Source: Gemmatimonadales bacterium (GTDB lineage: Bacteria; Gemmatimonadota; Gemmatimonadetes; Gemmatimonadales; GWC2-71-9). From it: a stretch of DNA of 64,000 bases. Of the stretch, positions 20,682 through 30,347 are shown in pieces. The position numbers were made by a program, and so were the translations under genes. Within the stretch, counting starts at the first letter, position 1; the number at the start of each line of letters is the position of its first letter. The notes under the pieces were generated by a model. The model did not search any database and had not been told where the DNA came from. It saw only the letters and a list, made by a program, of their open reading frames with translations. The stretch is from the NCBI GenBank assembly GCA_033764615.1, contig JANRIU010000061.1, positions 31,090-95,089 on the forward strand. The letters run 5' to 3'.

Positions 20682-21001
20682 CGCGCCTCCATGACGAACG
20701 CCGCCAGCAGCACGTCCCGTTCGGGCGCCGCCTCCGACGCATAGACGTGCGGCGGCGCCTGCGTGCCGGCCGCCACCTCCGCCGCCCGCGCCCGCGCGAC
20801 CGACCAGCCGATCGCGAAGGCGAGCAACGCCGCCGCCGCGACGCCGGGCCGGAGCCAGCGCGCGAGGATGTCCCAGTCGGTCACCTGCTCCGCGGGGTCG
20901 AGCGCCAGGCGGACGCGCGCGGCGAACGCGGCGTCCCCGCCCAGCGGCATTTCGGCCTTCAGCAGCGACCCGATCAGCGGGTCCCGCTCGTCAGCGTGCA
21001 T
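20678..21001 (-). CDS. Putative anti-sigma factor / membrane protein
   Basis: ATG 21001 overlaps the sigma gene end by 11 nt. It has a single TM (GVAAAALLAFAIGWSVA). The call rests on position immediately after the ECF sigma gene. Confidence 0.45.
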   Translation of the reverse strand: MHADERDPLIGSLLKAEMPLGGDAAFAARVRLALDPAEQVTDWDILARWLRPGVAAAALLAFAIGWSVARARAAEVAAGTQAPPHVYASEAAPERDVLLAAFVMEAR

Positions 21002-21542
21002 CGCGTCCCTCCTCGAGGAACGGGGCCAGCGCCGAGCGCACGGCGCGGCGGGCGTGGAACAGGTCGGCACGCACGGTGCCCTCCGCGACGCCGAGCACCG
21101 TCGCGATCTCCGCGTGCGGATACCCCTCGGCGTCGTACATCGTCAGCGCCACCCGCTGCCGCTCCGGCAGCGCCGCGAGCGCCCGCGCGAACGCCTCGCG
21201 CAGCAGCACCCGGTCGGTCTCGCGGTCCGGACCGAGGCCTGCCGTCGCCACGTCAGGCGCCAGCGGCTCGGCCTCCCGCACCCGGCGGCGGCGGCGCAGG
21301 TCCCGCGCCGCGTTCGCCACGATGCGCAGCAGCCACGGGCGGAACGGGCGGCCGACGTCGAAGTCCCGCATCGCGCGCCACGCCGACAGGAAGCCGTCCT
21401 GCGCCGCATCGTCCGCGTCCTCGCCGTTGAGCAGGATCGCCCGCGCCAGCCGGCGCGCCGTCGCCGCATGCCGCTCGACCAGCACGCCGAACGCGTCCCG
21501 GTCCCCCTCCGCGGCCCAGAGCGCCAACTCGGCGTCCGTCAT
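20991..21542 (-). CDS. ECF-type RNA polymerase sigma-70 factor
   Basis: Region 2 DDAAQDGFLSAWRAMRDFD..FRPWLLRIVANAARD. Region 4 LPERQRVALTMYDAEGYPHAEIATVLGVAEGTVRADLFHARR. Confidence 0.85.
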   Translation of the reverse strand: MTDAELALWAAEGDRDAFGVLVERHAATARRLARAILLNGEDADDAAQDGFLSAWRAMRDFDVGRPFRPWLLRIVANAARDLRRRRRVREAEPLAPDVATAGLGPDRETDRVLLREAFARALAALPERQRVALTMYDAEGYPHAEIATVLGVAEGTVRADLFHARRAVRSALAPFLEEGRDAR

Positions 21543-21613
21543 GGGGGCACTACGCGGTCCGCCCGCCCCCTGTTGCGGCGCGCCCGGCCGCCCGGACCCC
21601 GGCACGCGGCGGA

Positions 21614-22204
21614 TCACGCCGGGCCGCCGAGCCCGAGCGTCCGCTCCGCGGGCCGGAACGCCGCGAGCAGCGTGGCGATGTGGTCGTCCAGCGCCACGCC
21701 CAGCTCCTCCGCGCCCCGGTGCACGTCGTCGCGGTCCACCCCGCGGGCGAACGCCTTGTCCTTGAGCTTCTGCCGCACCGATGCCACCTCCAGGTCGGCC
21801 AGGGAGCGCGACGGCCGGACCAGCGCGCACGCCACGAGGAACCCCGACAGCTCGTCGACCGCGTACAGCACCTTCGCGAGCGGGGTCACGCGGGGTACTC
21901 CGGTATACGCGGCGTGCCCCAGGATCGCTTCGAGCCACGGCTCCGGGACGCCGAGCGACCGGAGGTGGCGCACCCCCTCCGCGGGATGCTCCCGGTCGGC
22001 GGCACGGTCGGCGTTCGGGTACCGCTCGTAGTCGAAGTCGTGCAGGAGACCGACGAGCCCCCACTCCTCGGGGTCGCCACCGTACCGGGGGGCATAGGTG
22101 CGCATCGCCAGCTCCACCGCCAGCATGTGGCGCCGGAGCGGTTCACTCGGCGTCCATTCCTGGACGAGGGCCAGCGCCTCGGCGCGATCCATCCGGGTTT
22201 TCAC
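21614..22204 (-). CDS. HD-domain phosphohydrolase
   Basis: RRHMLAVELAMR...GLLHDFDY...EHPAEG is an HD motif set (H...HD...D). Confidence 0.75.
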   Translation of the reverse strand: MKTRMDRAEALALVQEWTPSEPLRRHMLAVELAMRTYAPRYGGDPEEWGLVGLLHDFDYERYPNADRAADREHPAEGVRHLRSLGVPEPWLEAILGHAAYTGVPRVTPLAKVLYAVDELSGFLVACALVRPSRSLADLEVASVRQKLKDKAFARGVDRDDVHRGAEELGVALDDHIATLLAAFRPAERTLGLGGPA

Positions 22205-22281
22205 GGAGGGGCGAAGGTAATGGGGGGTGCGGGACAGGGCGATGGGGGGCCAGCGGGCCGGGGGCCGGGGGCCGGGGAGAC

Positions 22282-22392
22282 GTCATCGCGAGGTCGCGAA
22301 GCGACCGAAGCGACCCTGGCGGCCGCCGCCGGTGGGCCGTCCCCCGCAGTGCCGGCAAGGTTGCTTCGCGCGCTCTGCGCGCTCGCAATGAC
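22282..22392. repeat. Family B element, complete solo copy (variant)
   Basis: Left arm gtcatcgcgaggtcgcgaagcgaccgaagcgaccctgg and right arm ggcaaggttgcttcgcgcgctctgcgcgctcgcaatgac. Confidence 0.6.
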
Positions 22393-22470
22393 GGCCCCCA
22401 GTCCCCGGCCCTCCGCCCCTGGCCCCAAAAAAAGAGGCCCGGCCACCCCGCACCGGACCTCCGTTCTGAC

Positions 22471-22499
22471 CGCTCGTCCGCCCGTCCGCCCGTCCGCCC
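22471..22499. repeat. Family A C-rich arm only
   Basis: cgctcgtccgcccgtccgcccgtccgccc lies immediately before the SGNH gene stop. Confidence 0.5.
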
Positions 22500-22501
22500 C
22501 C

Positions 22502-23761
22502 CTACGGCGTCTGCCCGATGAACCCGATCGTCCGCCCGTACCGGCGGTTGACGAGCGAGATCAGCGAGTCGGCGAAGATGCGGTGCGCGAGCGAACTCGG
22601 GTGCACGCCATCGAGCGAGAACCAGGTGCCGAACAGCAGGTTGCCACCGGTCTGGGGGCTCGGGAGCGCGGGGAACGGCAGCACCGCGCCGGCGATGGTG
22701 CGCCCCTGCTGCAGGATCGGGTTCGGGTCCATGAACGGCCAGGCGCGCGCCGTCGCCTCGCTCGACAGGTAGGCGTTGTACGCGGCGACGGTGGTCCGCA
22801 GGAAGCGGAACTCGGCGGGCGTCACCACCTGGGCGGTGTTGTTGCAGTCGAGCGTGACGGGGATGTTCCCCGCCGCCGCATTGACGAGCCCGATGCCGAT
22901 CGGCCACGGCACGAGCACCGAGTCCGCGCGGGGCGGCAGGCAGTTCGTCACCGTGAGCGCGGGCGGCAGCGCGGGCGTGATGCCGGGGCAGCCGCCGTTG
23001 CGGAGGCAGTGGTAGAGCGTGCCGGTCGAGGCGTACGGGAGGCTCGAGATGTCGCCGACGCCGATGATCACCGCCTGGGCGCCGAGGATCTGGATCGTGT
23101 CGAGCACCGCCTTCGCCTGCGCCTGGAACGTGGCGACGGGGACGACGAGGGTCGAGTCGCCGGGCTGGGACGCCGCCGGGTTCGCCGTGTTGACGTTCGT
23201 CAGCGAGCCGAGGATCTCGTTGTTGCCGAGCCAGAGCGAGACGAGCGTCGGGTTCGCGGCGCGGAGCGCCTGCAGCTGCGTGCGCCCGCCCAGGATGAAC
23301 TGGGTGAGCTGGTTGGCCGCGGAGGTCGGCGCGAAGTTGTTCGCGGCGTCCAGCATGCGCGCGCCCGGCACCGCGAGGTTGCTGAGGTACGGGAACGCGT
23401 TCGGGCTGCGGAGGCCGCACGTCGTCGCGGCGCCGCCGCCGACGCGCGCCTGCGTCACGTTGATCGTGAACGGCGGCGGGCAGCCGATGCCGGCGAGCGA
23501 CGGGTAGTAGAACGGGATCCGCGCCGCGCGGGCGAAGAGCACGGGGTAGGCGCGCTGCTGCGTCGAGTCGTTGATGCCGCTCGACTGGAAGCCCGCGGTG
23601 ATCGAGTTGCCGAGCGCGACGTAGCGCGTCAGCACGCCGGTGTTGGCCGTGAACTGCGGGTTCGTGATGCCGCTGGGCGCCACCTCGTCGGAGGCGCAGG
23701 CGGCCGCGAGCGCGAGCGCCGCGGGGGCGGCGAAGCGCGGGAACAGCGTCGGGAATCGCAT
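22502..23761 (-). CDS. SGNH/GDSL-family hydrolase lipoprotein
   Basis: ATG 23761 gives MRFPTLFPRFAAPAALALAAACASD (lipobox). Block I is YVALGNSITAGF. The C-terminal GVHPS is a block V-like His. Confidence 0.7.
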   Translation of the reverse strand: MRFPTLFPRFAAPAALALAAACASDEVAPSGITNPQFTANTGVLTRYVALGNSITAGFQSSGINDSTQQRAYPVLFARAARIPFYYPSLAGIGCPPPFTINVTQARVGGGAATTCGLRSPNAFPYLSNLAVPGARMLDAANNFAPTSAANQLTQFILGGRTQLQALRAANPTLVSLWLGNNEILGSLTNVNTANPAASQPGDSTLVVPVATFQAQAKAVLDTIQILGAQAVIIGVGDISSLPYASTGTLYHCLRNGGCPGITPALPPALTVTNCLPPRADSVLVPWPIGIGLVNAAAGNIPVTLDCNNTAQVVTPAEFRFLRTTVAAYNAYLSSEATARAWPFMDPNPILQQGRTIAGAVLPFPALPSPQTGGNLLFGTWFSLDGVHPSSLAHRIFADSLISLVNRRYGRTIGFIGQTP

Positions 23762-23772
23762 GGTCGCCTCGA

Positions 23773-25182
23773 TCAGTACGCGAACGCGAGCGTCGCGGCG
23801 AAGAGGTGCGTCTGGTAGCGGAAGAGGCCGTCGTTCTGCGCGGTCGTCGGGACGGGGAGGTTGCCGTCGCCGGCGCGGCCGATCCGGTCGGGCTGGCGCA
23901 GGTAGGTGTACCCGACGTCCAGCTTGACGCCCTTGCTCACCTGGTAGCCGACGCCCGCCGAGAAGAGCTGGCGCGACGCCTCGGGGAGTTCGGTGGTGAC
24001 GTTCTGCGCCGGCACTGCCGCGTCGAGCCAGGCGTAGCCGAGGCGGAACGCGATGTCCTTCACGGCGGTGCACTCCACCGCGCCGCGCCACGCCCACGTG
24101 TTCGCGAAGCGCTGCTGCACCGTGAAGTCGGGGGTGAGCGCGTTCGCGAAGTCGTACCGCACGCTGTCCACCTTCGACCACCACGTGTACTGCGCATCGG
24201 CCAGCACGCGGACCGACTTCGTCGGCACGAGGGCGAGGCCGACCGTCACCTGGTCGGGGGTGCGGGCGCGGTAGGCGACGGCGCCGTCGGTGTAGGCGCC
24301 GGTGCCGATGAAGTTGGGGCCGAGGATCGCGTCCACCGACGCGCCGCGCGGGATCGCCGTCTGCGCGGGGTTGGTGGGGCTCGGGATGTTCGCGGGGACG
24401 ACGAGGCCGGTGCGCACCGCCGTGAAGTCGGCGGTGCCGGTGATGTCGACCGACTGGCTCGACTGGTACCGCGCGCCGAGCGACGCCCACTTGACCGGCT
24501 CGAGGAGCAGGCCGACGGTGCCGCCGATGCCGACGCCGTTGCCGCCGATGTCCTGGTCCGCGAAGTCCGTGTTCGCCGCGACGCCCGCCTGCCCGAAGGT
24601 GATCGGGCCGCCGGGCGTCACGAGGGCGGGCACGCGCGCGAGGTCCAGCCGTTCGCGCAGTCGCGTCGAGAAGAAGCCGACGTTCGCCCCGACGCCGAGC
24701 GTGATCCCCTTCGCCAGCTGGTAGGCGATGGTGGGCGTCAGGTCGGTGCGGCGGAAGCCGGACTGGAACGCGACGAACCGCCCCGCCGCGTTGTCGGCCC
24801 ACTCGACCGAGCTGCTGAACGGCAGGCTCACGCCGACGCCGAACGTCGCGCGGTCGGTCAGCCGCCGCGTGAGGTAGACGGTCGGGATGCCGTTCGCCGC
24901 GCCGCGGAGGTCGTCCGTGACGCCGGTCGACGGCCGCGTGAACGAGCCCCCGGGCGCCGTGCCGATCCCGCTCACCGAGAGCTGGTTCCCGGCGGCGCCG
25001 ATCGCGGCGGGGTTGTAGACGATGGCGGAGCCGTCCGCGCACGGGGAGGCGACGCCGGCGCCGGCGCGCGCCTGCGCGCAGGCGGACTGCTCGGCGATCG
25101 CCGTCGCCTGCGCGAGGAGCGCGGACGGCACGAACGCGCCCGCGCCGAGAGCGAGGGCACAGCGGGAAACGAGTCGCACCAT
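23773..25182 (-). CDS. FadL/OmpP1-type outer-membrane transport protein
   Basis: ATG 25182 gives MVRLVSRCALALGAGAFVPSALLAQA. The sequence has beta-barrel composition and ends ...ATLAFAY. Confidence 0.7.
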   Translation of the reverse strand: MVRLVSRCALALGAGAFVPSALLAQATAIAEQSACAQARAGAGVASPCADGSAIVYNPAAIGAAGNQLSVSGIGTAPGGSFTRPSTGVTDDLRGAANGIPTVYLTRRLTDRATFGVGVSLPFSSSVEWADNAAGRFVAFQSGFRRTDLTPTIAYQLAKGITLGVGANVGFFSTRLRERLDLARVPALVTPGGPITFGQAGVAANTDFADQDIGGNGVGIGGTVGLLLEPVKWASLGARYQSSQSVDITGTADFTAVRTGLVVPANIPSPTNPAQTAIPRGASVDAILGPNFIGTGAYTDGAVAYRARTPDQVTVGLALVPTKSVRVLADAQYTWWSKVDSVRYDFANALTPDFTVQQRFANTWAWRGAVECTAVKDIAFRLGYAWLDAAVPAQNVTTELPEASRQLFSAGVGYQVSKGVKLDVGYTYLRQPDRIGRAGDGNLPVPTTAQNDGLFRYQTHLFAATLAFAY

Positions 25183-25284
25183 GCGGGCTCCCGAGGGAGG
25201 ACGGTGACGGACGTCCGGATTGTCGTAGGACACAGGGGTGGGCAAAGGGACGCAGATGTTACGAGACGGGGAAGGGGAGGGCAA

Positions 25285-25446
25285 GGGGGGGCGGACGGGC
25301 GGAAGGGCGGACTGGCGGACGAGCGGACGAGCGGACAGGCGGACGCGATGGCGCGGGGCGTTCCGCCGTTGGCCTTCCAGGAGAGGCGGGACAGCCGGCA
25401 TCACCGGTCCGCCCGTCCGCCCGTCCGCCCGTCCGCTCGTCCGCCC
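25285..25446. repeat. Family A inverted repeat
   Basis: G arm 25285-25346 (ggggggcggacgggcggaagggcggactggcggacgagcggacgagcggacaggcggacg) and C arm 25407-25446 (gtccgcccgtccgcccgtccgcccgtccgctcgtccgccc). Confidence 0.7.
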
Positions 25447-25842
25447 CTACTGGGTCGCCGCCGTCAGCGGCAGCCGCGTCACCAGCGCGCCGTCGACGCT
25501 GATCTCGAAGTGGTAGGCGCCGGCCTTCGGGAGCGGGATGTCGAACATCAGCACCGCGCCCGCCTCCACGTCGGTCACGCCGGCGGGTGGCTCGCCGATC
25601 TGCACCTGTCCCTCGCCGTGCAGGAGCTCCGTCCCCTGGTCGTCGACGAAGCGGATGCCGATCGTGTGCGCACCGATCTCGGTGCGCCGGCCCCGCACCC
25701 GCAGCACGAGGTGCGTGCGCGGGTGCACCGTCGGGAACTGCGCCACCCAGACGTGCCCGAAGATGCCGAGCACGCTCAGCTTGCCCTGCTGGTCGATGAG
25801 GGCGTAGTCGCTGAGGACCGCGAAGTCGAGCTGCAGGCTCAG
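25447..25842 (-). CDS. Hypothetical protein (start uncertain, possible CTG)
   Basis: Coding-like sequence [47 protein letters not shown]... CTG 25842 overlaps the PPIase TGA. The next canonical in-frame start is a GTG about 22 codons in. Confidence 0.5.
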   Translation of the reverse strand: MSLQLDFAVLSDYALIDQQGKLSVLGIFGHVWVAQFPTVHPRTHLVLRVRGRRTEIGAHTIGIRFVDDQGTELLHGEGQVQIGEPPAGVTDVEAGAVLMFDIPLPKAGAYHFEISVDGALVTRLPLTAATQ

Positions 25843-26285
25843 CTGACGCGGATCGAGGTGATGAGGTCGTCCTTGCGGATCTGGTCGACCACGTCGAGGC
25901 CGTCGGTCACCTGGCCGAACACGGTGTGCTTGCGGTCGAGGTGCGGCTGCGGCCCGTGGCAGATGAAGAACTGGCTGCCGCCCGTGTCCTTGCCGGCGTG
26001 CGCCATCGAGAGCGTCCCGCGCACGTGCTGGTGCGTGTTGAGGTGCGTCTCGCACTTGATCGTCCAGCCCGGCCCGCCCGTGCCGACGCGCGGGTTCGCC
26101 GGATCCTTCGAGAGCGGATCGCCGCCCTGGATCATGAAGTCGGCGATGACGCGGTGGAAGCGCGTGCCATCGTAGAAGCCGCTGTTGGCGAGCTTCTCGA
26201 AGTTCGCCACCGTGTTCGGCGTCTCGGCGTCGAAGAGCTCGGCGGTCATGGTGCCACGGGCGGTGATGATGGTGGCGGTCTTCAT
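25839..26285 (-). CDS. Cyclophilin-type peptidyl-prolyl cis-trans isomerase
   Basis: [24 protein letters not shown]...GSQFFI, HTVFGQV. Confidence 0.9.
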   Translation of the reverse strand: MKTATIITARGTMTAELFDAETPNTVANFEKLANSGFYDGTRFHRVIADFMIQGGDPLSKDPANPRVGTGGPGWTIKCETHLNTHQHVRGTLSMAHAGKDTGGSQFFICHGPQPHLDRKHTVFGQVTDGLDVVDQIRKDDLITSIRVS

Positions 26286-26370
26286 GGTCGGGGGTCGAGG
26301 GTCGAGGGTCGTGCGTCAGGGAAGGGCTGCACGGAACGCCCGGAAGCTACACCTTCACGACCCGCGACCC

Positions 26371-27093
26371 TCACCCCACCTGCACCGACGGACAGATCTC
26401 CGCCAGCACGCACGCCCCGCACTGCGGCCGCCGGGCGATGCAGACCTGGCGGCCGTGGAAGATCAGCAGGTGCGAGACGAGCGCCCAGTCGGCCTGCGGC
26501 ACCAGCGGCATCAGGTCGCGCTCGATCTTCTCCGCGTCGGTGTGGCGCGTCAGCTTGAGCAGCCGCGCCAGCCGGGTCACGTGCGTGTCGACGGTGATGC
26601 CGACGTTCAGGCAATACCAGTTGCCGAGCACGACGTTGGCCGTCTTCCGTCCGACGCCCGGCAGCACGCGCAGCGCCTCCATGTCGGCCGGCACCTCGCC
26701 GCGGTGGTCGGCGACGAGCGCCTGCGCCATCGCAATGAGGTTCCTCGCCTTGTTGCGGAAGAACCCGGTCGAGCGCACGAGCGCCTCGACGTCGTCCTGC
26801 CGCGCCGCCGCGAGCGCCGCCGCGTCCGGGTACCGCGCGAAGAGCGCCGGCGTCACCATGTTCACCCGCGCATCGGTGCACTGCGCCGACAGGATGGTGG
26901 CGCAGAGGAGCTCGAAGGCGTCGCGGTGCACGAGCGCGCAGTGCGCATCGGGGTAGGCGGCCTTCAGGCGCTCGAGCGCGCGGCCCGCGCGCTCGGCGCG
27001 GGCGGACAGGCGGGCTGGCGGACGGGCGGAAGCTGCCACGGCCTGCCGACGGTCCGCCCGTCCGCCCGACCGCCCGTCCGCCGCGTTAGCCAC
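26371..27093 (-). CDS. nth: Endonuclease III
   Basis: HhH-GPD motif LRVLPGVGRKTANVVL. 4Fe-4S cluster loop CIARRPQCGACVLAEIC. The N-terminal 30 codons run through a family A repeat. Confidence 0.85.
   Translation of the reverse strand: MANAADGRSGGRADRRQAVAASARPPARLSARAERAGRALERLKAAYPDAHCALVHRDAFELLCATILSAQCTDARVNMVTPALFARYPDAAALAAARQDDVEALVRSTGFFRNKARNLIAMAQALVADHRGEVPADMEALRVLPGVGRKTANVVLGNWYCLNVGITVDTHVTRLARLLKLTRHTDAEKIERDLMPLVPQADWALVSHLLIFHGRQVCIARRPQCGACVLAEICPSVQVG
27001..27082. repeat. Family A inverted repeat inside nth 5' end
   Basis: ggcggacaggcgggctggcggacgggcgg (27001-27029) faces gtccgcccgtccgcccgaccgcccgtccgcc (27052-27082). Confidence 0.65.
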
Positions 27094-28816
27094 GCCGCCT
27101 GGCCACCGCCAGGAACCCCGCCACGTCGCGCGTGTTCAGCACGTCCTCCGGGCGGAGCCACCCCTTCCGCGCGATGCCGACGCCGTACGGCACGTTGGCG
27201 ATGCCGGCGGTGTTGTGCGCGTCGGCGCCGATGGAGACGAGCGCGCCCGCGGCACGCGCCGCACGCACCATGCGCCAGTCGAGGTCGAGCCGGTGGGGGT
27301 CGGCGTTGATCTCGAGCGCGACGCCGGTCTCCGCGGCCTTCGCGATCACGGCGTCGAGGTCGATGGCGTACGGCTCGCGGCTCAGCAGCAGCCGCCCCGT
27401 CGGGTGCCCGAGGATCGTGAGCCGCGGGTGCTCCAGCGCGCGCAGCACGCGCGCCGTCATCTCCGCCTTCGGCAGGTTGAAGCGGCCGTGGATCGAGCCG
27501 ATCACGAAGTCGAGCCGCGCCAGCACCTCGTCCGGGTAGTCGAGCGCGCCATCGACGAGGATGTCCGACTCGATCCCCTTCAGCACGCGGAAGCCGGGGC
27601 CGAGCCGCGCGTTCACCGCGTCCACCTCGTCGGCCTGCCGCTGCAGGTCGTCGATGGAGAGGCCGCCCGCGTACGCCGCGGTGCGCGAGTGGTCGGTGAG
27701 GCCGAGGTACTCGTACCCCGCCGCCTGCGCCGCGCGCGCCATCTCCTCCACCGTGTTCGCGCCGTCGGAGAAGGTGGAGTGGCAGTGGAGGAAGCCGCGG
27801 ATGTCGCCCCGCTCCAGCAGGCGCGGGAGCGCGCCCGCGGCGGCGGCGGCGACCTCGTCCTGCCCCTCGCGCAGCTCGGGGGCGATGCACGGCAGGCCGA
27901 GTGCCGCGTAGAAGGCGGTCTCGTCGGGCGTCGGCACGAACACCGAGCCGCGCCAGAGCGCCGCGCCGGTCAGGGCGAGCCCGCGCGAGGCGGCGTGCGC
28001 CGCGAGCTGCTCCAGGTGCCGCGCGCAGCCCGTCGCCTGCGCGAGCACCGCGCCCGCGTTCACCGGCGTCGTGACGATCACCTGCGCGCGGTCGCCCGCG
28101 GCGGTGCGGAGCGTCACCGAGCGCTCGTCGCGCCCCGCGAACTCGGAGACGCCGGGCAGCTGCGCGAGCCGCTCGAACAGCTCGGACGGCGCCACGTCCG
28201 CCACCACCACGAGCGACACCTCCTGCACCACCTCCAGCCGCCGCCGCACCTCGCCGGCCACGTGCACGGCGAGCACGCCCGGCAGCGTCGCGAGCGCCGC
28301 GGCGAGCATCTCCGCCTCCTCCGCGGCATGGTGGAAGAGGCGGAACGCGCTCGCCTTCCGGCGGAAGGCGATCCCCTTCAGGATGTTCTCGGCGGTCTTC
28401 TGGCCGAAGCGGGGGAGGGCGGCGAGGCGGCCGTCCTGCGCCGCGGCCTCCAGCTCGGGGATCGAGTCGATGCCGAGCGTCTCGTGGATCTGGCGGATCT
28501 TGGCGACGCCGAGGCCGGAGATGTCGAGCATCTCGACGAGGCCGGGCGGCACCTGGCCGCGCAGCTCCTCCAGCAGCGACGAGCGGCCGGTGCGGACGAG
28601 CTCGGTGATGACCTGCAGCGTGGCGGGGCCGATGCCGCGGGTCCCCGCGAGCTGGCCGTCGGCGAGGGCGGCGTCGAGGTCGACGGCGAGCCCCTCGATG
28701 GTGCGGGCGGCGGTGCGCACCGCGCGGACGCGGAACGGGTTGTCGCCCTTGAGCTCCATGAAGCTCGCGACCTGCTCGAGGACGCTCGCGACCGCCTTCT
28801 TGTCCATCATCGCCAT
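27086..28816 (-). CDS. Family X DNA polymerase with PHP domain (PolX)
   Basis: N-terminal HhH polymerase beta-like region (FMELKGDNPFRVRAVRTAARTI; GIGPATLQVI). C-terminal PHP domain (GFLHCHSTFSDGANTVEEM; LTDHS). Confidence 0.9.
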   Translation of the reverse strand: MAMMDKKAVASVLEQVASFMELKGDNPFRVRAVRTAARTIEGLAVDLDAALADGQLAGTRGIGPATLQVITELVRTGRSSLLEELRGQVPPGLVEMLDISGLGVAKIRQIHETLGIDSIPELEAAAQDGRLAALPRFGQKTAENILKGIAFRRKASAFRLFHHAAEEAEMLAAALATLPGVLAVHVAGEVRRRLEVVQEVSLVVVADVAPSELFERLAQLPGVSEFAGRDERSVTLRTAAGDRAQVIVTTPVNAGAVLAQATGCARHLEQLAAHAASRGLALTGAALWRGSVFVPTPDETAFYAALGLPCIAPELREGQDEVAAAAAGALPRLLERGDIRGFLHCHSTFSDGANTVEEMARAAQAAGYEYLGLTDHSRTAAYAGGLSIDDLQRQADEVDAVNARLGPGFRVLKGIESDILVDGALDYPDEVLARLDFVIGSIHGRFNLPKAEMTARVLRALEHPRLTILGHPTGRLLLSREPYAIDLDAVIAKAAETGVALEINADPHRLDLDWRMVRAARAAGALVSIGADAHNTAGIANVPYGVGIARKGWLRPEDVLNTRDVAGFLAVARRRG

Positions 28817-28833
28817 GCCGTCTCCCGCGGCCC

Positions 28834-29490
28834 TCAGGCGACCGTCGCGCCGGCGAGGAGGTGCGCCCGCCAGCCGAACTCGAGCAGCTCCTCCTCGCCC
28901 ACGATGGACGAGAGGCCCGCCTCCGCACCCCCCGGCAGCACCGGCTCGAACAGCTCGGCGCCGCGCGCGAGCGCCGCCGGCCGCGCGCCCGCGGCCTCCG
29001 CGAGGCTGAACCCCGCGCGCCCCGGCCGCACGCCGAACACGCCCAGCACGCTGAGCGCGCCGTCCGGCCGATGGCTGAGGAAGCAGCCGTCGAGCGGCTC
29101 GTGCGGCGCCTCCGGCACCACCTGCGACCAGACCTGCCGCTCGGGCACCTCAATGTAGTACGCGCTCGGCGCGTGCCCCTCGCCGCCGTGCGGCAGCGCG
29201 CCGCCGAGCACGCGCCCCAGCATGTCGGGCGAGAGGCGGAACGTCGGCCGCCCCTCCGCCCAGTAGAGGTAGGCGTGGTGGACGAGCGCCACGAGCCCGT
29301 CCACGGCGTCGCCGACGCCGCCGGCGGGTCGGAGCTCGTGCAGCAGCTGGACCACGGGGCGCAGCATCAGGAACCGGTCGCGGTCGGCGGCATCGGCCGC
29401 CGCGCGCTCGAGCGCCTGCGTGATGCCGGGGAAGCGCTCCGGCGCGAGCTCGCGGAAGACCAGGTCCCACGGAGTGAGGCGGTTCGTCAT
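28834..29490 (-). CDS. Hypothetical protein
   Basis: ATG 29490 overlaps the upstream stop (ATGA). The composition is coding-like. I recognised no domain. Confidence 0.55.
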   Translation of the reverse strand: MTNRLTPWDLVFRELAPERFPGITQALERAAADAADRDRFLMLRPVVQLLHELRPAGGVGDAVDGLVALVHHAYLYWAEGRPTFRLSPDMLGRVLGGALPHGGEGHAPSAYYIEVPERQVWSQVVPEAPHEPLDGCFLSHRPDGALSVLGVFGVRPGRAGFSLAEAAGARPAALARGAELFEPVLPGGAEAGLSSIVGEEELLEFGWRAHLLAGATVA

Positions 29491-30347
29491 GCGTGCCGGG
29501 GCAGGAAGGGATCGAGCGCGGCCCGGACGGCGTCCGGCGCCTCGACGTACGGTACATGCCCGCAGGCGGGGATCGCCACGAGCGGGGCGCCAAGCAGCCC
29601 GGCGACGGCGCGGGCGCTCTCCAGCGGGATCGGGTCGTCCTCGCCATGCACGACGCGCGCGGCGACCGGGTGCCGCGCGGCCGCCTCCGCGAGCGCGGGG
29701 CGGAGGTCGAAGTCGCCGAGCCCCTCCCACACCGCCTTCTGCACGCGCTCCACCACGCGGAACGGCACGAGGTCGCGCGCGCGCGCGGGGTCGTGGAAGT
29801 AGCCGGCCACCGCGAGCTCGAACAGCCGCTGCTGGTACGCCGCGAGGTCGCGCTCGCGGAGCCCGCTCGCGCGGAGCTCCGCGCGCGCCGCCTGCAGCGC
29901 CGGCGCGAGCGAGCGCTCGGCGAAGCGCGCCTCGAACGCGTCGCGCGCCGTGCGCCAGGCGGGCGCGGGTGCCAGCAGCGCGAGGCGCGCCACGCGGGCG
30001 GGATGCGCGAGCCAGTACAGCAGCGCGAGCAGCCCGCCCCACGAGTAGCCGAGCAGCGCGAGCTGCTCGAGCCCCCACGCCTCGCGCAGCGCCTCCAGGT
30101 CGGCGACCTGCTCGGCCCAGCCGGCCGCGACGTCGCGGCCCACCGCCGAGCGGCCGCCGCCACGCTGGTCGTAGTACACCAGTGTCCGGCCCTCGGCGAG
30201 CACGTCGAGGCCGGGGCGCAGGTAGTCGTGCGAGGCGCCGGGGCCGCCGTGCAGCACGACCACCGGCGGCCCCTCGCCGACGCGCCGCTCGAACAGCGTC
30301 ACGCCCCGCACGTGGCGCTCCGCGTCCGCCACGCGCGGCTCACCCAT
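29487..30347 (-). CDS. Alpha/beta hydrolase (proline iminopeptidase-like)
   Basis: VVVLHGGPGASHDY and the nucleophile elbow GYSWGG. Confidence 0.8.
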   Translation of the reverse strand: MGEPRVADAERHVRGVTLFERRVGEGPPVVVLHGGPGASHDYLRPGLDVLAEGRTLVYYDQRGGGRSAVGRDVAAGWAEQVADLEALREAWGLEQLALLGYSWGGLLALLYWLAHPARVARLALLAPAPAWRTARDAFEARFAERSLAPALQAARAELRASGLRERDLAAYQQRLFELAVAGYFHDPARARDLVPFRVVERVQKAVWEGLGDFDLRPALAEAAARHPVAARVVHGEDDPIPLESARAVAGLLGAPLVAIPACGHVPYVEAPDAVRAALDPFLPRHA

